A stretch of DNA of 64,000 nt, taken from contig CP075494.1 in NCBI GenBank assembly GCA_021613535.1, forward strand, positions 7,006,001 through 7,070,000, written 5' to 3'. Each line of letters begins with the position of its first letter. The first letter of the stretch is position 1. The DNA comes from Adineta vaga (Eukaryota; Animalia; Rotifera). Shown piece by piece: positions 1-11,303 of this stretch. The position numbers and the translations under genes were made by a program. The notes beneath the pieces were generated by a model. The model was not told the origin of the DNA and searched no databases. It saw only the letters and a program-made list of their open reading frames with translations.

Positions 1-203
1 AGTTATATACAATATGCAATGCCAAAAGATATTGCTGATATTTCCCGAGAACGAGATATCAATATGTTAGCTGATGTTCTATCAGTGAGTTATCAAGAAA
101 AAAAAAGAGTGAATTTAAAATGAGATATTTTGTATCCTTTTTTTAGAGTCAAATACAAGTACAAAATAATGGTGTTGATAGTGATAATGAAGAAAAGAGT
201 TGA
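1..203 (+). CDS. 3' end of an unidentified spliced gene (truncated by window start)
   Basis: Open frame SYIQYAMPKDIADISRERDINMLADVLS, GT-AG intron 85-146, last exon SQIQVQNNGVDSDNEEKS, TGA at 201-203. Confidence 0.6.
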
Positions 204-404
204 TTCTGTTGTATTTTATATTAAAACTTTCGTTTTGTTAAAATATCGTTATTTCTTTAATACAAAAATCTATTATTCAGGAAAAAGTCTTGCTAGTTTT
301 TTCAAGTTTAATTCAGACTGTCCAGACTAAGCGAGTCAGAATCATACAGTTTACGAAAATTCAGCTTAAGAGCAATTCAATAAAAAAATTACTTTACTTC
401 AGAT

Positions 405-1538
405 ATGTCAAAAACGTTTTTTGAAACTTCTACACATAGTGACGTCTATGCTCAATGTCGACCAACATATCCAATTGAGTTAATCCGAAAAATTCTTGAC
501 TATTTATCGATTAAAGTATATATTTGTTCAATCTAGTATCAATTGCTTTCAATGTATTCATTTACTATAGCACATTATCAAAAATGATGATCTTGTTATT
601 GATATTGGTTGTGGAACAGGTCAAAGTACTGCTTTACTTCAACCTTACTTTGAACGAATTATTGGTAGAAAGATTCATTATATCTTGCTTCATTGTCGTA
701 TTCTCTGGTTTTTCTAGGATATGATATCAGTGAATCTCAAATAAAAAAAGCCAATGAAAGCAATACATTTTCGAATATTAGTTACAAGTAAGATAAACTT
801 ATTAATTAGTCAAGATAGATTATTCTTTTCTGTAGAGTGATCAATGGACGTGATATTCCTCATGAAGATTCTTCATTAACTTTAATCATATCTGGTCAAG
901 CAGCACACTGGTTTGATCTGCCGTATTTTTATAAAGAAGTTCAACGCACACTGAAGACGAATGGTGTTCTTGCTCTATTTGGTTATGCATTTGTTCAAAC
1001 TCATGGACAAAACTCCGAAAAATTGAATGAAATCCTAGAAAATGTAATCAAATAAAGAGTAAACATTGACTTTCTACTGATGATTTTTAAATAGTTTTAT
1101 CATTGTACCTTGGATGGATACGTTCAACAGGAAAGTAAAGAAGTATATTTTGGCCGTTATCGAGATGAAAAATTTCGTATTCCACTTTCGTCAACTGAGT
1201 TCATCAGGTAAAAAGGTTGGATACAATGAATATCAATATCATTTTTTCTCATTATTTCTAGGGATGAAAGTCTTACTATTCAATGTCAATGGTCAATTCG
1301 AAGATTGTTAGGTTATATAGCATCATGGTCTGGTTCTCAACATTTTCTAAAACAACATCCAAATAGTACGATTTTAGATGAACTTCAGACCGAGTGAGTA
1401 ATAAAACCATTCGATATAATTTCATGTTTTCAATTTTGATTTTTTAGCATCTTTCAATGTCTCGATATATTTGATGATGAACATGAACTTTGTCTTTCAT
1501 TTGATATATTTATTTTAATGAATCGTAAAGATGAATAA
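405..1538 (+). CDS. Class I SAM-dependent methyltransferase (Methyltransf_11-like), 7 exons
   Basis: Manually spliced in frame: MSKTFFETSTHSDVYAQCRPTYP..., motif I VIDIGCGTGQST, post-II IISGQAAHWFD, LKTNGVLALFGY; TAA at 1536-1538. Confidence 0.88.
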
Positions 1539-1571
1539 TGTAAAGATTTCATTTTTGATTCTTTTCAGATT

Positions 1572-3033
1572 ATGACAGACGAAATCGATCCTAATCGTTG
1601 TCAATATGTATGTCCACGAAAACAACGACAATGTAAAATGTTACCCTCGACATCATTATCTACACATTGTATGGAACATGTACTTCATGATCCAAATTTA
1701 GACGAGGTAAAGAGAAGCGATCAGCACTATTGGGAATTGAACTTGCGTTAGAAGAGAATTCGTCACTAAAAATGCTCAATAACATTTTTGAAATAAAAAT
1801 TCTCTTAACTTTAGACGACTAAACAATCTTTACGCATTCCATGTCCATTGGATCCATTGCATTCAATATCACCACATGATCTAAAACGTCATATACGTAA
1901 ATGTAATCAACGGCCTATCATTCTTGGACCCTTTCATCGACCTCAATGTAATTCCGGACTTGAATGTGATAATCATGATGATTATCCAAGTATACTTCAA
2001 GATATAACTGATGATGAACTTCGTGATTTTATTCTTCGTATAGAAACAATTTATGATAATCTCGTTAAAGAACCTCTTTCAAATAATTCAACTCATCCTG
2101 ATTGTTATCTCTCAAATACAAATCTCGATGAACTTGGTAATCGTTCACGAAAACATTTGGAACAGATCGGCTCGATCATAGCTCAATTGGTACAGCTAAA
2201 TCTTCTACAACCGAACACATGTTTTGTAGAGATGGGTGCTGGACGTGGTCAACTATCTCATGAACTTCATGCTTGTTTAAAAGAAGAATCAACTGTTCAT
2301 TTTACATTGATTGAACGTGATCATCAACGTTATCGTTTTGATGCTCATCATCGTCGTGAACATCAAGGTCCATCATTTGAACGTTATCGTTTGGATATTC
2401 GCGATTTTTATCTTTCGGAATTACCTTCCATAGAACAGTCTCAAATAAATATTGTGATTATTAGTAAACATTTATGTGGAGGTGCTACGGATCTTGCTTT
2501 ACGTTGTAGTGTTGATGCTCAAAGAAATACTCAACGTATTCAAGCAATTATTATTGCTCTATGTTGTCATCATCGTCTATTATGGAATGATTATGTTGGC
2601 AAAGAATTTTTTCGTCGAATTAATTTAACACCAAAAGATTTTTCATTGATACGAGCATTAACATCATGGGGTACATGTGAAAATCGACATCGAATGCCAC
2701 AAGATGGCAAACGATCAACCAATGGTAAATTTATTAGTTTTTGTCTACTTTTCTTGTTGATATTGAAACGAGATGATTTATTTAGATGGAATATCATTCC
2801 CATCAACTGTGTTTATTCGTACAACAGATCGATCAACTTATTCTAAACAACGATTATTTTCTATTGAACATCAAGAACAAATTGGTTTAAAAGCAAAACG
2901 ATTATTAGATTGGGGTCGAATTGAATATTTAAATGAGAATGGATTCAATGCTCATTTGAAAGTATATGCATCAAAGAATGTTACATTAGAAAATATTGCT
3001 TTAATTGCTATACCAACGTTGCCGTCATCTTGA
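1572..3033 (+). CDS. TRMT13: tRNA:m(4)X 2'-O-methyltransferase TRM13
   Basis: N-terminal CCCH finger (RCQYVCPRKQRQCKM...CMEH), CHHC finger (RIPCPLDPLHSI...HIRKC), FVEMGAGRGQLS, SKHLCGGATDLALRC, ALCCHH; introns 1707-1814 and about 2725-2785. Confidence 0.93.
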
Positions 3034-4835
3034 TTTTGTTTTTTCTTATAAATCTCAAGGAAAAGAACGTTGAGGTTTAGAGTTCTTTAATAATAAAGAA
3101 ATCTATGAGTCTTTCTTCGCAAACTTGTCAATGATTGACAAAGCTTATTTTTTTATTCGATGTCTCCATGAATACAATCCTATGTATTAATGAGAATACA
3201 TAAAACTGTCATGTATTCTCATCCAATCAATATATTTCACTTGTACATTTCGATTCACAACTGCTACACACACACACACAATATGTTCTATTCTCATATG
3301 AGGCAACTGTTTTGCCGTTAAAACGTCATCTAATGTGCTAGTAAGGATCATTTAATGAGAAGTTTTTTTCTGTCTCTCACTTGCAACAATTGATGCATAT
3401 CCCGACAGAGTGAATTGTGTGTCACACTTCATACGTCTCTATTGAATTATGCAGCTCTTTTCACTCATTGTTTATGTTTTATTCACCTTGTTTTATGGTG
3501 GTCATCATACACACATGAACGATGGTTAATTAGAAGCCATCACGAAGACTACTATATTGTCCATTCATAAATACCCTCTATAAAATAAAAATCATCAAGA
3601 TTACTCCTTTATACTCATACTATGATCTTTCCAAGACAAGAAATGGATAACTATCTTAATCGTCTTTTTTCCTGCACATATTGTCCATTCCGATAGATAG
3701 AAGAAAAATTGCTTAGATAATTTTGCTTCCTCGATCTATCATGTGTGTACTATCGAAAAAACATATTGTCAATAATGGACAAGAGAGAGAGAGAGAGAAC
3801 TTCCCTGTAGAGAGAAACAAGACGCTTAAATTGAGTACTATCATCTGATTGATCAAACGGACATAAATAGAAAAGTTTAATAGGGCCATTGAACGGCAAC
3901 AGCAGTTGAAAAGTGTCGAATCGGCTGCATATGACCGATAACGAGTACATAGAATAAAGACCAATCGATTGTACATATGTGTGAGGGAAACTATAAAAAC
4001 GAAAATAACGTCAAGAGAACAACAGCAGGCAACGAATGAGAAAGCATTGAAAAGATCTCTTCAAACTGAATTGAACGGTCACATGTTTAACATTAGTATA
4101 ATATTTCCAATCATATTCGCTTCTTCTGCGAAAGATGAAGAAGATCATTTAGTCACACAAGTTACTCATTTCAGAAAAATTCGTTCGTAATATTCTCAAC
4201 ACTTCATTGATCGAGTACAGATATTTGTCGGTTCCATTCTGATGATCATCAAATTCACATTAAAAATGCGTATTTGCTCTTTGTGATTCCATCAAACAAA
4301 ATCAGGTGTCAAACTGGAACAACTTGAAATGTCTTGTTTTGTTTTATCGAATGTAGAATATTCTTCTAAACAGAGTATATTCATGTCAACAGAAAAATCA
4401 AATATTTTCAACTAAAAGGTTAAGTTTCGCAATCGATACGTTTGATTTTGTTACAAATAATTGCCGACTGACTATTACAAATAGGACAGTTGAATAAGTA
4501 TCCTCATCGGTTAATGATGACATGACATGTATGAGAGAAGAAAGAAAGAAAGAGAAAGAGAAAGATTATGATTGGTTGTAAAGAACATTTTCTTTTCTTG
4601 CTTCACCAATGGCTAAAAAAACATAGATACGAAGCGAAAGAGATATTATTCTTCTCTTTCGAAAGCAACAACAACAACAATCATTTCAATTGTCATTTAA
4701 ACACATCGATATTCGTTATTAATATAGCTATTTCGAGTTTTTTATTGATCCAAATGTGTGTGTGAAATTTTTTATGGGCAATATTCTTATTTAACTTTCT
4801 TCTTTTTTAAACTTCTTCTCTAATTGACAAATAAA

Positions 4836-5787
4836 ATGAATCCATATTTCAATTTTTCATCAACAAATCTTCCTACTGATCAACAATATGAAACAGATTA
4901 TTCACGTGGAACTTATCGATTACCTAACAAAGATTCTCCTTATTCAAATATACATATGATGCCAACAGGTTTATCAACACCTCATCCTCAATCAATTCAT
5001 TTTGATCATCATCATCATCAACAACAACAACAACCTACAAATGATTATCTTTTTCCAACATCAACTACTAATCTATCTTCAGTTAATCAGATGGTTCCAA
5101 CATCAACATTTTCCATGTCAGTTACAAATCCAATGCTTTATTATTCCCATCCATGGATGAGACCAGGTATATTAAATGAAAGATGATTTATTGACAACGT
5201 ATGGAAGTTTTGACATAAATGTAACACATAAAAATGATTTACATCTGTCCTATGAAATTGTTTGTTTATGATTAGTATGAATTGCTTTTTCTTTTCTCTT
5301 CTTATAGAATTTAGTTTTGAAAATAAACGTACTCGTCAAACGTATACACGGCATCAAACACTTGAATTAGAAAAAGAATTTCATGGTTCCAAGTAAGTTT
5401 ATTCGAATAGAATGGGAATTTTATTAATACATTTGATTAGATATTTAACACGTCGTAAACGAATTGAAATTGCACATAGTTTGTCATTGACTGAACGGCA
5501 AATTAAAGTAAGTAAAATTTCAAGTCTCCGGTTCTAATCAAGTTAATTTATTATATTTTCTTTTAGATATGGTTTCAAAATCGGTAAGAATCAATTTAAA
5601 ATTTTTTTCTTCATCTAATACTCTATTTCTTCAAATTAGTCGAATGAAATGGAAAAAAGACAATAATTTTAAATCACTCAATGATCCACATGTGAAACTT
5701 GAAGCAAATGCGACGAGTTATGGAAATAGTATGATGAATAATAATATCAATACTGCATGGTCAGCAATGTCAAATATTAAAAAATAG
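4836..5787 (+). CDS. Hox6: Central-class Hox protein, Hox6/Lox5-like
   Basis: Hexapeptide-like HPWM; spliced homeodomain [57 protein letters not shown] followed by DNNFKSLND; introns about 5167-5308, 5393-5440, 5508-5566, 5584-5639. Confidence 0.88.
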
Positions 5788-6377
5788 ACATGAAAACTTG
5801 CGTTTAACTAGTCGAGTATTCTATCAAAGCATGCTGTTCGGTTTTTTTGCGTTTGTGTTTCGTTTTTGTTTGTAATAGAAAATAAATTTCTTAAATAGAG
5901 TTTAGAATTGATTATATTGAAATCTTCTTATAAATCTTAGCGTATCACAAGGGTTTATGATTCATTTGATAGGAGATTTTTTATATGTTATTGTATTCAA
6001 GTAAGTGGAAAAGCAACATACGCATAAACGAAGTTCTTATCGGATAGTTTATACGAAAAAGTTAGAATAGACGATTTTAGTATTTAAAATGTTATTATTT
6101 TATCTTTATTTACGTCCAACGATCCTTTGGGTTAAAATACACGTATCATTCATGGGTTGAACTTGGTTTTACATTTCTTAAAATCTAATCTTATTAGTGA
6201 AATCTAATCTTGTTTCAACACTATGATTATATTATGAGAAACAATACTCAAATATAATCGAGTAGAATTTCGATCTGATAGGCTCGGATTAAACTAGTAT
6301 GATCTATTTTTATTAAAACAAAAATTAGAGTTAGTAATGCGTTTCTAATTGAAATTTATTCAATCATTTAACTACTG

Positions 6378-6398
6378 TATATATATATATATATATAT
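6378..6398. repeat. (TA)n microsatellite
   Basis: Perfect TA run seen directly. Confidence 0.9.
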
Positions 6399-6904
6399 TA
6401 CTGTATCAGAAATATGTGCCATCAAATAGATGAAGAGTAAGATTAGCTTTCTTTTAACAGAAGAATCTAACTATTTAATAACTTAATGTTTTATATCTAT
6501 TGAGTTCTGTTATCACTTTAGATCGATTCAAACGTAAATTAATTACTGTGTTATTATCTTATTCGTTCATTATTTTATTTAATACGCCATATGAAAGTAT
6601 GTATGTGTGTGTGTGTGTGTATGATTATTGTGCTTTAATCATCTGTTAGAGACAACATACTATAGTAGAAAATTTTCTCGATTAATTAATAAAAATAAAA
6701 TAAGGTTGACAGAATAAAACGGCGTTGTTGTCTTCTTCAGTTTCACTGATGACGTTATTCAAAAGAAAAATGACAACTAATTAAATATATATGTTATAAA
6801 TATGCAATGAATCGAGTCAAATTCTTGCATATATATATATTGAGAGGTATTTCATTATTTCAAGAATCTTTTTGAACCTTCGTCCTACATTCATAGAACA
6901 AACC

Positions 6905-7315
6905 ATGCACGTATGTTTTTTGGAACGAATATATTTGTTCTTAACTTTTTTTCTCTTTTTAAAGAAGTTTATCGTATTATTGACTGCTCTGATATTAACT
7001 GTACATGTTCATTATTTATGTGGTTTACCAGTAGCTGATGAGGAAGAACAAAATAACCAATTCAAACGATCAGATGATACATTATTACCAAATGGAAATT
7101 ATACTTTAGTTACTAATGAAAAATTACAGAAATTAAAAGAAGTTGCTGACGCTGTTCATGATCCAAAACTTCATGAACTATATCGTGCAGTCAATCATTA
7201 TGTTCAAATAGCTCGAAAAAATAATGAATATGTTCTTTGGAAATACGATGCCAACCAAGAAGGTCTTGTTCTTGTACTTAAACAAAATTTAAATGGAATT
7301 CTATATTATGGTTAA
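6905..7315 (+). CDS. Small secreted protein / possible prepropeptide
   Basis: ATG CAC, intron 6911-6964 (or 6967), then hydrophobic signal KFIVLLTALILTVHVHYLCGLP, acidic spacer ADEEEQNNQF, dibasic KR, ends ILYYG-stop; TATAAA at 6795. Confidence 0.65.
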   Translation: MHVCFLERIYLFLTFFLFLKKFIVLLTALILTVHVHYLCGLPVADEEEQNNQFKRSDDTLLPNGNYTLVTNEKLQKLKEVADAVHDPKLHELYRAVNHYVQIARKNNEYVLWKYDANQEGLVLVLKQNLNGILYYG

Positions 7316-8112
7316 ATATCTCCTTTTTTTAAATGAAGTTTCTATCCTTCGAAAAATAAATTATTTAATTTTGTGTTAATTGAACAAAACAAAGAAATAA
7401 ATGGAAAAATCTTGCTTTTAATCATTATGTGTATCTAAGGAAAAAAAAGGAGGAATTAAATTTTCATTAATTTTTGAAAATGACTGATTTTAGTTTGAGA
7501 ATTATGAAAAACATCGAAATATTGATCAAGCAGTTATTTTTTATTGGTTACAGTTACATGTAGATGAATAATACTCAATTTTCATTGAATAAACATTTAA
7601 AATGCACAAAAAAAATCAAGTAAGCGAAATTTACGAAAAATAAACACATTTGTTTTTTTATTTAAAAACTAAAATATTTCTTCGATTTGAAACAAACTAC
7701 TAGTACATTGAATAAAAAAAATTGATCTAACTTTAAAATACTTAAAATTTTTACCACCTAGAATATGATAATATGGAAAGTCAAGTTTCTTTTTTTATTT
7801 ACTTCCTTTTGTTCCGGCTTTCTGTCTGATATTATTTAGTCTATTTGAAGTCTGTGCCTATTTAACACTGTTTTTGAAAATTTGAAAAATGAAAAAATTC
7901 CTTCGATTCAACACTGAAAAGTATTGTAATTGTTTCCTATTTAATATTTTTTTTCAATTTCATATAAGGCTTGTTAGAATCGACATTCAAAATTACAGCA
8001 TTATTTATCTATAGAATAATTTTTTTCATTCGTCAACAAACAAAATATAAAGTTTTAATTAGTATCAATTGAAACAACTATTAGTCAATGATAAATATTT
8101 CAAAAAAATGAG

Positions 8113-8749
8113 TTATAGTGTTGAAGTTTTATTTTCATTCAAGGAGAGTTGATCTAAATAATATGGATTATTTGGATCAGATTTATTGCAAAAACGATAG
8201 AATAATTCGATTGATCTGTTATTTAATCCAGCAGATGGATAGAACTCCGTATAACGTACAAGCACAAACGCAATCAATTTCATTAGGCTTGTAAAATGAG
8301 TATAACATGTAGAATTATAAATATACAGATGTTCACCAAGGTAGTATACACAATATAAATACCACAAGATAAAAATAGACATTGGTGCATAAAATCCTTC
8401 AATTAACCAACGATTTAGTCTCATTTGCGTCATTGAACCAATATTTAACAAGTGTGTCGAGAGCAGCAATTATATGAATAAATGTTAATTTAACTTCTGT
8501 CATTATAATTCTAAATAAATTTCGAACAAAAGTACAAGCGTTTTGTTCTTCTGTGGTCACACTCTCATCTTCGTCAATTTGTCTACGGTCAATAAAATAA
8601 GGTTGCCAATGCCAAGTCATGTTCCACATATACGTATATAAAACAAGAATTGAGTTTAAAATTAGTAGCAATATTGTGAATAGAATAAAGTAATGTATGT
8701 CCAACCAAACTGACATATCAGCAAAGCAGAAATAATCATAATGTTCCAT
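8113..8749 (-). CDS. Orphan membrane protein, apparently split by a 1-nt frameshift near 8402
   Basis: Two overlapping hydrophobic ORFs (8399-8932 and 8113-8469) join as KSLV/IEGFYAP if one base is removed; an AG acceptor lies shortly before ATG 8749. Confidence 0.4.
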
Positions 8750-9037
8750 GCTGTCAACTGTCACTATTGAAGAATAATTCAATCGTTCAAGAAAAACAAT
8801 AAATGACAAATATTTATATAAATCAATGATGACCGAATGACCCTTTGGACAACAAATAGACAGAGAAAATGAATTAATTGAAAGTTGAATTATGCAATGT
8901 AATTGGTCTATTCTCGACGATTTATTTCTCAATTTAGGCCCCGTTCACACTATGAAAATGATGAGATGGTGTACCCGGTTTACAACGTGATCGATTAATA
9001 GTATTATTACAATGGAGAAGATTAATTAGATTTCACG

Positions 9038-9112
9038 TCCCAGGTCCAACAAAACGGCGTCGTAAACGGTTGAAAAACAGGGCTAATACTTCGCCGTAAT
9101 CCGTTAACCCAG
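9038..9112. mobile_element. Short GC-richer repeat/MITE-like fragment
   Basis: About 75-bp CG-rich stretch (cccaggtccaacaaaacggcgtcgtaaacgg...cgccgtaatccgttaacccag) that contrasts with AT-rich flanks inside a debris region; no perfect TIR pair is visible. Confidence 0.3.
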
Positions 9113-9489
9113 AAATGTATAGAAATGCAGTGTGAAAAGATGGTATTAAATATAGTGGATCAGGTGTTCATTGAGAGTTTGATGGAGTCGACTTATGCTT
9201 GGGCATTAAACCCTTTGTTGAAAGTTGGTATTGGTATTGTTTGTTTTCTTTTTGAAAAATTTTTAAAACCTGAGACAGTGGGTAACATGATGTTTTTCTA
9301 TTACAGATATTTTGCCGGTTTTACAATTTTTCTCCCTCTTTTTGTATGCAGGTATTTTGTTTTCATGCTTTTTTGGTTTTTAAATAAAGATTTCGTGTAG
9401 TATTAGGTGAAAAAGATTTTTTGAAAATAGTTACTCAGTTAAATAGCTAAGAGTCGTCCTCGATTTGTTATGAAAAATTATTTTAATAT

Positions 9490-9612
9490 TGATCGACGAT
9501 ATTTATTTTAATAAGATTCTTGAAGCTGATTTAGAAAGAAAAAAAACTGGTCAATCATCATTAAGTATATCATATAAAATTTTTGGTGATATTTATTTTG
9601 ATAAATATAATA
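9490..9612 (+). pseudogene. TPR-like repeat fragment
   Basis: Translates IDDIYFNKILEADLERKKTGQSSLSISYKIFGDIYFDKYN, resembling a TPR helix pair (SLAxSYxxIGxIY); no start codon or flanking exons. Confidence 0.35.
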
Positions 9613-9639
9613 CGTAGGTGAAGTTGGCAATATATTCGT

Positions 9640-10912
9640 TTAGGTAAGCGTTCCAACAATCCCAATCAGTGTTCCAGATGCTCCTATCGACGAGCTCTAT
9701 CGAATGGTGTTCTTGAATTGATCATGGCTTTAGTTGTCTTTCAGAAAATCTTAACATATCTAGTTCCGCGCGTAAGATCAGTTTGGTAGGTTTTCTTGTT
9801 CTTATAAAGTTGAACAGAATTTTTAATAAAACGTAATACATTCTCATCAACAGATCCATGTAAGTTATACTCATTTGATTGATGATAAGTAAGAAGATTA
9901 TGAGAAATTAGCCAGAACAATCTGGCCTCATCCCACCCGCTCGATTCAACTAATTCAAAGGTTTTAAGAAGCGAGATGAACGGTTTGTTTTCAGAGTTCA
10001 AGATAATAATTTGTATTTTGGATTCTGTTCGAAACAAAACGTATATAGGAAATAAAGCAGAATCGATGTTGTACGTATTTGTTACTGAATATACTCGATC
10101 TATAAATAAACAATTGATATTTTATGAAACAGACGATGAAAAATAAAAATGAACCTTCAAAACATTTCTTGTTAATACCGAAAGGTGGCCACATAAGAGA
10201 ACATTGATCAATCATCACGATGTGACGGAGTCGATATACCAATAACTAATCAACTTTTTCAGCGATCTTGTGCGACTTGAGTAATCGAGTGTCAGAAATA
10301 CAAGCATTAGTTTCTGATACGAACAAACAGTTACATAGTTTAGAAGTTTCTGTATTGACTAATACAAACAGTACAATTCAATTAGCACGCTCATTTAGTA
10401 AAGCTCAAGAAAATATGGAAACCATAGCTAAATATGTGTCACGGCTAGATTCTTTTGTCGAGGCGCAGACGCGCTATAATTTAAAAAACCACGCAGAACG
10501 TGTTTATGAGAGGATGAAGAACTCCATGCGCCGTATCGAGAACAACGATCTTAACTTGGATTTTGTGAGAGTGACAGAACAAAATGAAATTTTAGAAATC
10601 GCTTATGAGCATTTGGGTAACATGGTCTTCACGTCTTATTTTGCAGCTCTCAAAGCTAATGTGAATGACAAGATTCAGGTTTATAAACTTATCCCCTCAC
10701 CATATTTCATCGTTGATAAAGTAGAAGGAAAAGAGATTTTTGGATTGCCAAAAATAATAGGCTTATCTAGTAGTGGATATATTGAATGGCGAGGAATTAG
10801 AGAACAGAAAGCATGTGATTTTGGAGACTTACGATTTGTTGCGATCCGTCCATGTAATGGTCTCACTGTTAAACTTTTCTTCTATCTCAAAATTCTGTTG
10901 TTAATTTTCTAA
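9640..10912. mobile_element. Degenerate, internally inverted env-like (class I fusion glycoprotein) relic, probably from an LTR retrotransposon
   Basis: Minus strand 10249 to 9640 ends with furin-like RARR and, in a shifted frame, hydrophobic IGASGTLIGIVGTLT; plus strand 10250-10912 gives a heptad-repeat region STFSAILCDLSNRVSEIQALVSDTNKQLHSLEVSV; intronless, with stops and frameshifts. Confidence 0.55.
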
Positions 10913-11303
10913 TTTGAATAAATGTTCTTATCAAAGAAATATTCTTTAAATACGGATCGATTCATTAATAAATAATGCTCAAACAAAATACTAATTAAAT
11001 TGTAAAAACTCAAGCCCTTCGTTTTATAGTAAATTCTAAAAAAATGATATATCTATATTTTGCTGTACAATCATGATAACAAAAAGTATTCCGAGTCATC
11101 ACATATCTTGTATCTTTGTCAGTGTAAATGTTATAAGTCAAGAAAAGTAATACTAATTGTATTAAAAATATGAATAATAAAAGAAAACCTTCGATATAAT
11201 CATAAATGGCAAAATGATTCTTTGTATATTAAACTAGAGATCAAAAAGAAAGAAAACTTGACAGAAAAAAGGAACGGGTTGATAATTTTGTTTAAGTTTA
11301 GTT

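Noticed and set aside
3796-3820. ccctgtaga resembling the miR-10 seed near a Hox gene
   Set aside because: The match ends after about 9 nt and I see no hairpin partner.
9125-9400. ORF with FIESLMESTYAWALNP, faintly like a GIY-YIG/Penelope C-terminus
   Set aside because: No GIY/YIG or reverse transcriptase motifs nearby; too weak to call.
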